Source of the DNA: Escherichia phage Ec_YwIITB1
Reading direction: 5' to 3' (one strand)
Sequence record: PQ356294.1
DNA: 64,000 nt
Position numbers and translations under genes: made by a program
Notes under the pieces: generated by a model
What the model saw: the letters and a program-made list of their open reading frames with translations, nothing else
Told to the model about the DNA's origin: nothing
The model's database searches: none
Shown here: one piece after another, positions 20,581-30,604 of the stretch
Layout: every line of letters begins with the position of its first letter
Numbering within the stretch: position 1 is the stretch's first letter

Positions 20581-21675
20581 ATGGCAATTGTTAAAGAAAT
20601 AACTGCTGATTTAATTAAAAAGTCCGGTGAGAAAATTTCAGCCGGACAGAGTACTAAATCAGAAGTAGCAACTAAAACATACACTGCCCAGTTTCCAACT
20701 GGGCGTGCTAGTGGTAATGACACTACAGGGGACTTCCAGGTAACAGATCTATATAAGAATGGATTATTATTTACTGCATACAATATGTCATCTAGGGATT
20801 CTGGAAGTCTTAGATCGATGAGATCTAACTACTCTTCTTCATCTTCGAGTATTTTAAGTACAGCTAGAAACACTATTAGTAGTACAGTATCAAAACTATC
20901 AAATGGATTAATATCAAATAACAATTCAGGAACAATAAGTAAAGCTCCTGTCGCAAACATTCTTTTACCAAGATCTAAATCTGACGTTGATACGTCATCA
21001 CATAGATTTAATGATGTTCAAGAAAGTCTTATCAGCAGAGGCGGAGGTACTGCTACTGGCGTGTTAAGTAATATTGCTTCAACTGCAGTATTTGGGGCAC
21101 TGGAAAGTATAACACAAGGTATAATGGCTGATAATAATGAACAGATTTATACGACAGCCAGAAGTATGTATGGCGGTGCTGAGAATAGAACTAAAGTGTT
21201 TACTTGGGATTTGACGCCACGTTCAACAGAAGATTTGATGGCTATTATCAATATCTATCAATATTTTAACTATTTTTCTTACGGTGAAACTGGCAAATCT
21301 CAATATGCTGCTGAAATAAAGGGGTATTTAGATGATTGGTATCGTTCTACATTAATTGAACCTTTATCTCCGGAAGACGCAGCTAAAAATAAAACACTAT
21401 TTGAGAAAATGACATCGAGCTTAACTAACGTTCTAGTAGTTTCAAACCCGACAATTTGGATGGTGAAAAACTTTGGTGCAACATCTAAGTTTGATGGAAA
21501 AACGGAAATATTTGGTCCATGCCAAATTCAAAGTATTAGATTTGATAAAACACCTAATGGTAATTTTAACGGATTAGCTATTGCTCCAAACCTCCCTAGT
21601 ACATTTACTCTTGAGATTACTATGAGAGAAATTATCACGTTAAACCGTGCTTCTTTATATGCGGGGACTTTTTAA
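20581..21675 (+). CDS. 48: Baseplate tail tube cap gp48
   Basis: 364-aa ORF matching T4 gp48. Confidence 0.9.
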   Translation: MAIVKEITADLIKKSGEKISAGQSTKSEVATKTYTAQFPTGRASGNDTTGDFQVTDLYKNGLLFTAYNMSSRDSGSLRSMRSNYSSSSSSILSTARNTISSTVSKLSNGLISNNNSGTISKAPVANILLPRSKSDVDTSSHRFNDVQESLISRGGGTATGVLSNIASTAVFGALESITQGIMADNNEQIYTTARSMYGGAENRTKVFTWDLTPRSTEDLMAIINIYQYFNYFSYGETGKSQYAAEIKGYLDDWYRSTLIEPLSPEDAAKNKTLFEKMTSSLTNVLVVSNPTIWMVKNFGATSKFDGKTEIFGPCQIQSIRFDKTPNGNFNGLAIAPNLPSTFTLEITMREIITLNRASLYAGTF

Positions 21676-22640
21676 TGTATTCTTTAGAGGAATTTAACAA
21701 TCAAGCAATAAACGCAGATTTTCAACGTAATAATATGTTTAGCTGCGTTTTTGCGACAACTCCATCAACTAAAAGCTCTTCGTTGATAAGTTCAATTAGC
21801 AACTTTTCTTATAATAATTTGGGTCTAAATTCAGATTGGTTAGGATTGTCTCAAGGCGATATTAATCAGGGAATTACCACGCTAATTACTGCTGGCACAC
21901 AAAAACTGATAAGAAAATCAGGGGTTAGTAAATATCTTATTGGTGCCATGAGTCAACGTACAGTTCAAAGTTTATTGGGCTCATTTACAGTTGGTACATA
22001 TTTAATTGACTTCTTTAATATGGCATATAATTCGTCTGGGTTGATGATATACTCTGTAAAAATGCCAGAGAATAGATTATCCTATGAAACTGACTGGAAC
22101 TATAATTCTCCTAATATTCGTATAACTGGGAGAGAATTAGACCCTTTGGTTATTTCATTTAGAATGGATTCAGAGTCGTGTAATTATCGTGCGATGCAAG
22201 ACTGGGTTAATGCCGTTCAAGACCCAGTAACTGGACTGCGTGCTTTGCCGCAAGATGTCGAGGCAGATATTCAGGTTAATCTTCATGCTCGTAATGGATT
22301 ACCTCATACTGCGGTGATGTTCACCGGATGTATTCCAGTGTCAGTGAGCGCTCCTGAGTTATCATATGATGGAGATAACCAAATAACTACATTTGATGTT
22401 ACTTTTGCATACAGAGTCATGCAGGCTGGGTCTGTTGATAGACAAGCTGCGCTTGAGTGGCTTGAATCTGCTGCTATAAATGGCATTCAAAGCGTTCTCG
22501 GAAATAGTGGAGGCGTCACTGGATTATCTAATTCGCTTTCACGACTTAGTAGATTAGGGGGAACTGCTGGAAGCATTTCAAACATTAATACTATGACGGG
22601 AATTGTCAACTCGCAAAGTAAAATATTAGGAGCAATATAA
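21675..22640 (+). CDS. 54: Baseplate tail tube initiator gp54
   Basis: 321-aa ORF, gp19-like fold family, conserved order. Confidence 0.9.
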   Translation: MYSLEEFNNQAINADFQRNNMFSCVFATTPSTKSSSLISSISNFSYNNLGLNSDWLGLSQGDINQGITTLITAGTQKLIRKSGVSKYLIGAMSQRTVQSLLGSFTVGTYLIDFFNMAYNSSGLMIYSVKMPENRLSYETDWNYNSPNIRITGRELDPLVISFRMDSESCNYRAMQDWVNAVQDPVTGLRALPQDVEADIQVNLHARNGLPHTAVMFTGCIPVSVSAPELSYDGDNQITTFDVTFAYRVMQAGSVDRQAALEWLESAAINGIQSVLGNSGGVTGLSNSLSRLSRLGGTAGSISNINTMTGIVNSQSKILGAI

Positions 22641-22644
22641 CAAT

Positions 22645-22668
22645 GGGGACCGGTCCCCATATTTTTAT
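22645..22668. terminator. Bidirectional terminator between convergent genes 54 and the alt cluster (palindrome GGGGACCGGTCCCC + T-run)
   Basis: 14-nt perfect palindrome followed by ATATTTTTATTT. Confidence 0.6.
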
Positions 22669-22955
22669 TTACGGAATGATATAAAAGCAGCAACTGAAGC
22701 GACTAAACTGTCTTCAATATAAACTTCAATTTTTACCGGAGCTTCTGACTCAAATTTACCTGTTACTACACCTTGAAAAATGCTTTCAGTCTGTTCTGGC
22801 TTTGAAAAATTTTCAGAAGGAAAAATTCCGAACTTTTTATCTGTTCCAAAAATTTTGATAAATTCATCATAAACTGCTTCATTGAAAGCGTTATCAGCAG
22901 GAATAACGCCTTCAACTACAAGTTCTTGACCTAAAAAGCGTAAAGAAGATTTCAT
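22665..22955 (-). CDS. Hypothetical protein (alt.-3-like position)
   Basis: 96-aa ORF downstream of alt paralog; early promoter-like element immediately upstream. Confidence 0.6.
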   Translation of the reverse strand: MKSSLRFLGQELVVEGVIPADNAFNEAVYDEFIKIFGTDKKFGIFPSENFSKPEQTESIFQGVVTGKFESEAPVKIEVYIEDSLVASVAAFISFRK

Positions 22956-22962
22956 TTTGTGT

Positions 22963-23016
22963 TCCTCATGTTATGTCAGTAAGACTATTATAACACAGCA
23001 CGAGGGACTTGTAAAC
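22963..23016 (-). repeat. 54-bp dispersed repeat (copy 1) comprising early promoter plus 5' leader
   Basis: TCCTCATGTTATGTCAGTAAGACTATTATAACACAGCACGAGGGACTTGTAAAC; second copy at 38653-38705. Confidence 0.7.
22987..23016 (-). promoter_or_regulatory. Early (sigma70-type) promoter: -35 GTTTAC, 18-nt spacer, -10 TATAAT; part of a 54-bp repeated promoter-leader element
   Basis: Minus strand reads GTTTACAAGTCCCTCGTGCTGTGTTATAAT; followed by leader with GAGG and ATG of ORF 22665..22955. Confidence 0.6.
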
Positions 23017-25073
23017 TACATCTTGAACTTTTTAGACATTCCGTTGATGTTAACCAAAGAAGCCAAGATTTGAGAAACTTCGTTTTCCTCTTCTTTTGAT
23101 TCTTCTACAAGGAATTGATTAAACCCAGCCATTGGACGAACTTCACCAGTTTCCATTAGATGATCGCCATCATATACCGATTCTTCTAATTGTTCAGAAG
23201 GAGGAACGATTGTGCCTTCAATTAGATACTTGTTATAAGCAGTTTCTTTCATCATGTACGTGCTCACTTTATTAATCTTCAGCAAAATTCCACGTGGTAG
23301 AATAACTTCAGCTTCTGATGGAAATCCTGATAAATGACCTGGAACGATAACTTTGATTCGCTCAGCCCCTTTAATTACCATACCTACGCTAGCTTCAGCA
23401 TCTTCATTAGCATATGCAGAATGACTACCCATATGCATTAAATCTTCAGCATCAACAGAACCTTCTCCTTCACCAGAAAATACTGCGCCGGAATCATCTA
23501 GAGCCATATAGTTTTTACCATGCTCACCGAAGATATTTGGTTTAAGCGATGTTGATACGAAGTTCTTGAAATAGAACATTTTATTTTCAATATTATGGCG
23601 TAAAGTTTTAAAAGTAACTTCTTGTCCACGATAAAGCGTAATTCCCGGAGGAAGAACTGAACCTTTGGCAAAGGCAGAATCCAGCGTCTCGATGTGTTTA
23701 ATAGCTCGTTCCATATATTCTTCACGGGTAGAATCTGGTTTACCCAAGAGGAACGAGTTCATTTCAACATATGAATCTGCACAATAATCTTCAATTACAA
23801 CAGACTCAGCCTGAGTTAATCCTTTTGGAGTTACTTCAGTGCTTGCGTATTCATATGCCTGAGCAGCAGATTCATTAATCAATTTATAAATGCCATTCAT
23901 GACAAATTGAATAATAGCTACCTTTTCGTCTGGCGTAGCTTTAGAACCTTTAACTAAATCATTGATAATTTTCTTAATAACATCAAAGCTATTAGAAATA
24001 TTAATGTCAGCGAGATCGCTCAAAATTTTATCGGTTTTATAATCAAAAAATTCTTTATTCTTTAAATATTCTTGAGAACCTTGATATGTTATATCGCTCT
24101 GCAGTCTGATAGACGGATCGCGTAAACGTGCATGGGCCAATGCAATATGATTTCGGAGGCTTTCTAGTTCATAATCGTTAGATTTAAAACGAGAAGCACT
24201 TCTCATACCACCGATAGCTCCTTTGCTGAAGTTGGAACCAATCTGAATAACGCCAGAGTTCATTGGTCCTTCTGCTTTATATACCGGAACTTTAGATTCA
24301 AACTCTTGATATTTCTTGGCGGCGAAGCTATCGCCCTGAAGTGAAGCATCGACAGTAGAATATTGAGCTTGCGCTGCCAATCGACGACTAATTTTAGTTT
24401 TCTGAATAACAGCTTGATCCGTGCGCTTATCATTTTCTAAAGCAATAGAAGCAGCAACAGCAACAGCTTTAGGAACAGCATTACCTGTTTTAACATCTAC
24501 ATAAACATCACCAACCTTTGATTCAACTTTTGTGAATAACTCAGTTGAAATAGGAGGTACACCTGGAATGTCTTCTAAATTGGCATTTTTACGGTAAACC
24601 ATAATATATGCATACTTTTTATCATAATCCCAGATTTCCTTTAAAAGAACATATCGACCTGCTCCTTTAGTACGTACTAAACGGTCAGCAATAACTTGCA
24701 TCTGACGAGCTGCGCCATTTGTTTTACTTTTTAGTACGCGGAATAGGCATGCATCAATTTTATACTGTTTCATTGTTTGAAGAGCAGTATCAAAAACCGC
24801 ATTAATGACACCAATTGGATTTCCACCCAAGTTTTTAAGTTTAACTAATGATAGTTTCTCATTAACACCTATCATTACGATATGCATCATTTTATCGCCT
24901 GGCTTAACGTTTTTATTTGTATCACCGCCAGAGGTGTATGTACAAAATCTAAATCCAGGAAGCACACTTTCTTCGCCGGCTTGAATAGCAAAAATTTGAG
25001 GTATTTTATGCTTAGGATTTAAGTTAACAACCGGCGCCGAAGCGCCGTCAAATAATTCTGTAATAAGTTCCAT
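23016..25073 (-). CDS. Alt-like mono-ADP-ribosyltransferase paralog (intact R-S-EXE motifs)
   Basis: 685-aa ORF; N-terminus MELITELFD...; motifs YRGQ, FVSTSLKPNIFG, SEAEVILPRG; paralogous to adjacent alt. Confidence 0.8.
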   Translation of the reverse strand: MELITELFDGASAPVVNLNPKHKIPQIFAIQAGEESVLPGFRFCTYTSGGDTNKNVKPGDKMMHIVMIGVNEKLSLVKLKNLGGNPIGVINAVFDTALQTMKQYKIDACLFRVLKSKTNGAARQMQVIADRLVRTKGAGRYVLLKEIWDYDKKYAYIMVYRKNANLEDIPGVPPISTELFTKVESKVGDVYVDVKTGNAVPKAVAVAASIALENDKRTDQAVIQKTKISRRLAAQAQYSTVDASLQGDSFAAKKYQEFESKVPVYKAEGPMNSGVIQIGSNFSKGAIGGMRSASRFKSNDYELESLRNHIALAHARLRDPSIRLQSDITYQGSQEYLKNKEFFDYKTDKILSDLADINISNSFDVIKKIINDLVKGSKATPDEKVAIIQFVMNGIYKLINESAAQAYEYASTEVTPKGLTQAESVVIEDYCADSYVEMNSFLLGKPDSTREEYMERAIKHIETLDSAFAKGSVLPPGITLYRGQEVTFKTLRHNIENKMFYFKNFVSTSLKPNIFGEHGKNYMALDDSGAVFSGEGEGSVDAEDLMHMGSHSAYANEDAEASVGMVIKGAERIKVIVPGHLSGFPSEAEVILPRGILLKINKVSTYMMKETAYNKYLIEGTIVPPSEQLEESVYDGDHLMETGEVRPMAGFNQFLVEESKEEENEVSQILASLVNINGMSKKFKM

Positions 25074-25076
25074 GAT

Positions 25077-27131
25077 TTATCCTTGAACGAACTTGTAAGG
25101 CATGTTTGTAATATCTATGCAAGACGCAATAATTCCAAGAGATGATTCTACTTTTTGTTTAACATTTGATGAAACAAATGATGCAAAGTCAACTCTGTCT
25201 TCTATTTCAATATCATCTGTCATTGCAACTACTTCACCAGTTTCCATTAGACGATCACCGTCATAAATTACTGATTCGGTGAGTTCTTCGGTAGTCATAA
25301 CTTCAGCTTGAATAAGCTTGTTGTTAGTTTTAGCTGTTCCATCATTGTAAGATGCGTCGGTTATTTTATTGACTTTGACCATCAATCCACGCGGCAAAAT
25401 GACTTCCATTTCATTTGAAGGCGCTAAACTTCCACCTGGTAAAACAACGTTGACTTTATCAGCCCCAGTAATAACCCATCCAATTCCAACTAAATTATCG
25501 CTAGAATTAACAAGTCCTTCATCGTTTTTATCGATAGAAATGTTTAGACGCTTTTCGTCTGGTAAAACACCCACAGCTGAATCAGTCATCCAAGTACCAA
25601 AAATGTTTGGATATAATGATGTTGATACAAAATTTCTAAAATAAAAAACTCGATTTTTTACCAATGCTTCATATATTGAAGGAGCAGTCATGCTTTGAGC
25701 ACGATAAACTGTAATGCCTTCTGGTATACGGTCACCATTTTCAAAGGCTGAATCTAAATTATTTATCGCAGATTCAATTTCTTTTTCACTCATTACCTCA
25801 TATCGTTCTGGATTATATAATCCCAAAAGAGCATTATTCATGTCTACATATCCTGAACCTACGTATTCACGAATTCCGCGTTTTTGTGCCGGTGTGTATT
25901 TAGATGAATCTTTATTTTCGACTATAGAATGCAATGACCATCCAACGGTAAGAGCATATCCACGTAATTCTCTTCGAATAATCTTTGTTTTTATTGCATT
26001 CCAAGAATTTTGCACTAACTCATTCGCAGCATCTTGATTTAAATGCGAATGCTTGTTAATATTTCTTTCTAACCAAGCACCTTTATATTTTTCTAAAGTA
26101 TCATCAACTATAGAAGCAATAGTTTCTAAAGTTTTTATTGAAGTAATAGATTCTTTTCGTAATCTTTCTAAAGCTTTATTTTTTATTTCTGCATTAACAT
26201 CAGATTCTTTATCTTCAGGAATTATAGAAGCTTCTCTGAATGCCATTCCAGCTGTAACACTATTAAGAGCATTCTCTAATGCAAATCCTGAAGTAGAAAT
26301 AACAGTTAATTCGTTAGCATCAGAAATTAAAGGCGCGTCAGCGGGTTTATTTAATTCTGCTGCTGAAGCCTCAAATTTTTGAAACATTGGTGTTTCAAAT
26401 CTAGAAGATTCTAATGATTGACTTTGTGCAATTGCTCTACGGGAAATTTTAACTTTAACGATTACAGCTTGGTCAGAACGTTTATCGTTTTCTTGCGCAA
26501 TAGATGCAGCAATGGCCTCATTTTTAGTTACTTGAGCTCCGGTATCTTTATTGATATAAACATCGCCGACTTTCGATTCAACTTTAGTAAAGAGCTCTGT
26601 ACTAATTTCAGGAACTCCTGGAATGTCTTCTAATGATACATTTTTGCGATGTATAAGAATATATGCATACTTTTTATCGTAATCCCAGAGTTCCTTAAGA
26701 AGGACGTATCTGCCACCTGAACGACTACGGATAAGTCTATCAGCAATAAGTTGAATTTGACGAGCTTGACCAGCAGTTTTAGACTTAAGAATACGGAGCA
26801 TGCAGGCATCAATTTTATACTGACGCATCGTTTGCATTGCAACAGTAAAAACTGAATTGATATAATTAATTGGGCTTGGACCGAGACCTTTTAATTTAGC
26901 GATTGAACCTTTAGCAGTTAATGTAAAAGGAACAATATGCATCATTTTATCGCCCATCTTTAAATCGCGATTAGTATCACCTCCAGATGTGTAGGTACAT
27001 AAACGAAAACCTGGTTGTTCAATTGCGTCATCAACATGAACTGAAAAAATTTGCGGTATTTTCTTCTTTGGATTTAAGTTTGTAATCGGAAGAGTAGTAT
27101 CTTCGTCAAATAATTCTGTAATGAGTTCCAT
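25077..27131 (-). CDS. alt: Alt ADP-ribosyltransferase (packaged, modifies host RNA polymerase)
   Basis: ORF 25077..27134; start at MELITELFDEDTT...; motifs YRAQ, FVSTSLYPNIFG, NEMEVILPRG; matches T4 Alt. Confidence 0.9.
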   Translation of the reverse strand: MELITELFDEDTTLPITNLNPKKKIPQIFSVHVDDAIEQPGFRLCTYTSGGDTNRDLKMGDKMMHIVPFTLTAKGSIAKLKGLGPSPINYINSVFTVAMQTMRQYKIDACMLRILKSKTAGQARQIQLIADRLIRSRSGGRYVLLKELWDYDKKYAYILIHRKNVSLEDIPGVPEISTELFTKVESKVGDVYINKDTGAQVTKNEAIAASIAQENDKRSDQAVIVKVKISRRAIAQSQSLESSRFETPMFQKFEASAAELNKPADAPLISDANELTVISTSGFALENALNSVTAGMAFREASIIPEDKESDVNAEIKNKALERLRKESITSIKTLETIASIVDDTLEKYKGAWLERNINKHSHLNQDAANELVQNSWNAIKTKIIRRELRGYALTVGWSLHSIVENKDSSKYTPAQKRGIREYVGSGYVDMNNALLGLYNPERYEVMSEKEIESAINNLDSAFENGDRIPEGITVYRAQSMTAPSIYEALVKNRVFYFRNFVSTSLYPNIFGTWMTDSAVGVLPDEKRLNISIDKNDEGLVNSSDNLVGIGWVITGADKVNVVLPGGSLAPSNEMEVILPRGLMVKVNKITDASYNDGTAKTNNKLIQAEVMTTEELTESVIYDGDRLMETGEVVAMTDDIEIEDRVDFASFVSSNVKQKVESSLGIIASCIDITNMPYKFVQG

Positions 27132-27183
27132 CATATCCTCTCTAGTGTTTATTCTATTTATAAAATTAAAGGCCCGAAGGCCT

Positions 27184-27372
27184 TTAATAATCTATTGGTA
27201 AGAGAGTACGATATATTTCAAACTTTGGACCTTTTTCATAGGTATCAAATGTTTCTGTGAATTTATTATAAGCATATGCATCTATAAATTCAATCATAAT
27301 TTGTGATACAGAAGTAGAAACATCTCCACCTTCTTTTTGAGCCACGACAATTGTTTCTAAATAAGCTTTCAT
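27184..27372 (-). CDS. Hypothetical small protein
   Basis: 62-aa ORF, start overlaps ligase stop (ATGA). Confidence 0.5.
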   Translation of the reverse strand: MKAYLETIVVAQKEGGDVSTSVSQIMIEFIDAYAYNKFTETFDTYEKGPKFEIYRTLLPIDY

Positions 27373-28832
27373 AGACCAGTTACCTCATGAAAATCACCAA
27401 ATACATCCTCGAATGTATTAGCTTTAGTTTTATCTTCACGCAAACGAATCGCAATCGGAAGAAATAATTTAACGTAATCAGTGCGGCCATCAGATTTTAA
27501 CCAACCATTGCATTCACACTCTAGAATTTTTCCAATATAATAATTTTGGTTTTCCATAATGCGAGTACGGTCAAGTTCATGTGATTTTACACCGGCTTTA
27601 TCTTTTAAGCCTGAACCAGCATTTACTTTAATTTTTCCACACTCTGATTCAAGAATAAATCCACCTGCTTTAGTAGGGTCTTTACGGTGAGGATAAATTC
27701 CTACAATTTTTAAATCAACATCAATTACTTCTTTAAATTTATAAAGATTTTTTGAACGAGCATTTTCCCACAATCCATCGGTATTTTTGAGAATAATACC
27801 TTCAAGACCTTGGTCAATATATTTTTTATAAATTACCTTAGCTTCATCTAGATTATTTACTACTTGGTTTTCAATTAAAATTACTTTATCATATCCTGAT
27901 GTCATTTGTTCTAGTTTAGAAAAACGTACATCATATTTTAAACGAAATGCTGGAAGACCGTATATTTCTACCAACGGGACATAATCCCAGACCTGAAACT
28001 TCATGCATTGAGCTTCTTTTTCTGAAATAGTTCCTTTTAAGGATTTATTGGCGATTCCATTAGAAGTAGTACGCGATTCCGCTACTTCGGAGAATTCTTT
28101 AGCTTTACTAATTTCAGGATAAGCATCAAAAAGAAAATCTAGGCCTTCTGGTTCCTTTTTAACCTGCTCATGGTATACCAATTCACCGTCAATTAACACA
28201 CCTTCTGGATGAATCTGGCGAGCTTCAGCAGTCATTTTGATTAACTCTTCCTTAAGAAGATCTAATCCTAGATATTCATTACCAGCTCGTGATAAAAGAC
28301 GAACATCATCTAATTCATCACCTCTGACTTCAGCAAAACATCGAGCTCCATCTGCTTTTAACTGCGCAAAAGCTGGAAACTTAATATTCTTACTAATGCC
28401 TTTTTCATCATAAGAACTTGCCAGCATTTGAGGTTGTTCGGGAATTAAACCTGGCCAAACTTTATTTGCAATAGATACCGAAGCACCACATTCAAGGTCT
28501 CGCATCATAACTCGACGCAAAACTTCAACATCATCCTTTTTACCGTCAGTAATATAACCTACTAATTCCTCAATTGCTGCATTTCCAGTCAATTTCCGAG
28601 TAGCTAACGTGAATTCAATGAAGTCAAGCATATCGGTAATAGTCAGCATCCCAAAACTCTGGGTAGAAATACCAGGTTTAGGCCATTTCTTGATATAATA
28701 CTGTAACCCACGAGAATAAGTCAGACGATATACTCTTTTAAGCAATTCATTATCTTTATTCTTTTCAAGAATTGCTTGCTTCTGCTTAGTTGATCCAATA
28801 GATGCTATTTCATTCAGAATTTTAAGAATCAT
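27369..28832 (-). CDS. 30: ATP-dependent DNA ligase gp30
   Basis: 487-aa ORF matching T4 DNA ligase, KADGAR adenylation motif. Confidence 0.95.
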   Translation of the reverse strand: MILKILNEIASIGSTKQKQAILEKNKDNELLKRVYRLTYSRGLQYYIKKWPKPGISTQSFGMLTITDMLDFIEFTLATRKLTGNAAIEELVGYITDGKKDDVEVLRRVMMRDLECGASVSIANKVWPGLIPEQPQMLASSYDEKGISKNIKFPAFAQLKADGARCFAEVRGDELDDVRLLSRAGNEYLGLDLLKEELIKMTAEARQIHPEGVLIDGELVYHEQVKKEPEGLDFLFDAYPEISKAKEFSEVAESRTTSNGIANKSLKGTISEKEAQCMKFQVWDYVPLVEIYGLPAFRLKYDVRFSKLEQMTSGYDKVILIENQVVNNLDEAKVIYKKYIDQGLEGIILKNTDGLWENARSKNLYKFKEVIDVDLKIVGIYPHRKDPTKAGGFILESECGKIKVNAGSGLKDKAGVKSHELDRTRIMENQNYYIGKILECECNGWLKSDGRTDYVKLFLPIAIRLREDKTKANTFEDVFGDFHEVTGL

Positions 28833-29098
28833 TGCTCATCCTTCAAGGTTTGGTTTACAGCTCTATTATAAATCAATTCATCATTAAGCTCAGTTAAAGA
28901 CCTATGATATGTAGTTCTAACTTTATTTCCTTGCATCCAGTGCTTAATATAAATGAAACCTTGCTCTACACATTTTTTAAAAATTCGTTCGTCTTTTTGA
29001 GCTCTGAATTCTGGATTACATCTAAAGAATTGATTTACGTGACCGTAATCACGTGTAGTATTACCTTCATTTTCATAAATAGTGTGAACGACAAACAT
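28829..29098 (-). CDS. Hypothetical protein (30.1-like)
   Basis: 89-aa ORF, coupled to neighbours. Confidence 0.6.
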   Translation of the reverse strand: MFVVHTIYENEGNTTRDYGHVNQFFRCNPEFRAQKDERIFKKCVEQGFIYIKHWMQGNKVRTTYHRSLTELNDELIYNRAVNQTLKDEQ

Positions 29099-29937
29099 TA
29101 GAATGCTCCTTGGAAAATATTATCACCGCTAGTAGGTCTATTATACAAATACTCTATGCCACCAGGTTTAATATAGTTCCATGTCTGAAACGGATGTGTC
29201 TGATATGGATGATATAGATGATTATAAGGATTAAATCCAGGCGTTCTCCAGGTAGTGTTCCAACGAAAAGAATCGTTTTTAACCATCTTCTCAATTAAAT
29301 CTTTTATAGCTTTTTCACTATCAAAACTTTCTTTATTTTCCTTCGGCGAAAAAAGCTTATTTTCTACATCATTCCATGTATAAACTCGCTGCGCAGTTTT
29401 TGGAATATTGTCACGCTCTCCTCGCGCCATCCAATAAACAGGAACATTTAATATTTCACTCGCATGATCGCAGTGGTGAGCGAGATCGTCAATATAACAA
29501 ATTACGTTATATTTCTCTTTTGCCTTTTTAAACAACTCTTCTTTTGAAGAATCATGACCACACATCATTACTTCTGAGAAGGCACCAGGAAAAAGAGCAT
29601 TCAAATTAAATTGACGATTCAACAGAGCGTCAATAGAATCACCCAATGCTGTGACAGCTACAAAATTATAATCTTCTTTTAATTTGTTAATTACACACAG
29701 TGCATCTTTATATGGAGACAAGTAACGAATAAAATCTGATCGATTATATTTTTCAATTAACTTGACACCAAGTTCTTCATCGCATTTAAATAGTTTACCT
29801 GGAGAAATAAATTTCTCATCTTGGATCATTTTTAAAATATGTTCTAACGGAAGATTATATTTCTGAGCAAAATAAGGAAGACCTGATTGCCAGCTTAAAC
29901 ATACTCCATCAATATCAGTTAAAATAGTAGGCTTCAT
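29098..29937 (-). CDS. HAD-superfamily phosphatase/nucleotidase-like protein (30.2-like)
   Basis: 279-aa ORF; N-terminal DxDGV motif (LTDIDGV) typical of HAD hydrolases. Confidence 0.65.
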   Translation of the reverse strand: MKPTILTDIDGVCLSWQSGLPYFAQKYNLPLEHILKMIQDEKFISPGKLFKCDEELGVKLIEKYNRSDFIRYLSPYKDALCVINKLKEDYNFVAVTALGDSIDALLNRQFNLNALFPGAFSEVMMCGHDSSKEELFKKAKEKYNVICYIDDLAHHCDHASEILNVPVYWMARGERDNIPKTAQRVYTWNDVENKLFSPKENKESFDSEKAIKDLIEKMVKNDSFRWNTTWRTPGFNPYNHLYHPYQTHPFQTWNYIKPGGIEYLYNRPTSGDNIFQGAF

Positions 29938-30392
29938 AGAGAGTCTCTTAATAGGTTTAACACATCAATAAATTCAGCTTCGGTTAGTATTGTATCATCT
30001 TTTGTTAGACCACTAGCCATGCTGTGCTTCAAAACTTTTCCTTTCGAGGCTTGTAATGCATCACGAAAGCCCCTGTTTTGGAACGCTGCTTCAAAATATG
30101 CATTTGTGTATAATTCTTTCCACGCTGGAGAGTATCTTGAAAACGGAACTCCAAGCCAGAAGAGGGTCCCACGGTCCTGAGCTCTAGCATAAGACCTTCC
30201 AGCTTGTTGGGCTGCAAGCCCGGATAACCCAAATATACGTCTTTGCTGTTCAACATTTTTCACCTTACATCCTTGGAGGAATCCTTCGAGACCTCCAAAT
30301 TGAATGTCATCCATAACGAAAGGCCATTGGGCGAAATTACTTAATGCACATGATGGCCATTTAAAATTGCTTCTAATCTCTAACTCAGACAT
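29934..30392 (-). CDS. NADAR (YbiA-like) domain protein (30.3-like)
   Basis: 152-aa ORF; LSNFAQWPF motif resembling YbiA/NADAR FSNFAAWP signature. Confidence 0.55.
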   Translation of the reverse strand: MSELEIRSNFKWPSCALSNFAQWPFVMDDIQFGGLEGFLQGCKVKNVEQQRRIFGLSGLAAQQAGRSYARAQDRGTLFWLGVPFSRYSPAWKELYTNAYFEAAFQNRGFRDALQASKGKVLKHSMASGLTKDDTILTEAEFIDVLNLLRDSL

Positions 30393-30600
30393 CTTTAATA
30401 CTTATAATTTCAATATCAGCCCAATGACCGTAACTTGGTAAACGGTCTTCAATAGATAATCCGCCATCATATTTAAGCATTTTAATTGTCATAATATATG
30501 GCTCTAAATGGTCTTCAGTGAGCGGAGAGACATCAGTCACACGATAAGTAACTTCGACCATTTCCGTGCCCAGTAATTTCTTGATTAATTTCTTAAACAT
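30385..30600 (-). CDS. Hypothetical protein
   Basis: 71-aa ORF in co-directional cluster. Confidence 0.5.
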   Translation of the reverse strand: MFKKLIKKLLGTEMVEVTYRVTDVSPLTEDHLEPYIMTIKMLKYDGGLSIEDRLPSYGHWADIEIISIKDV

Positions 30601-30604
30601 TTTA

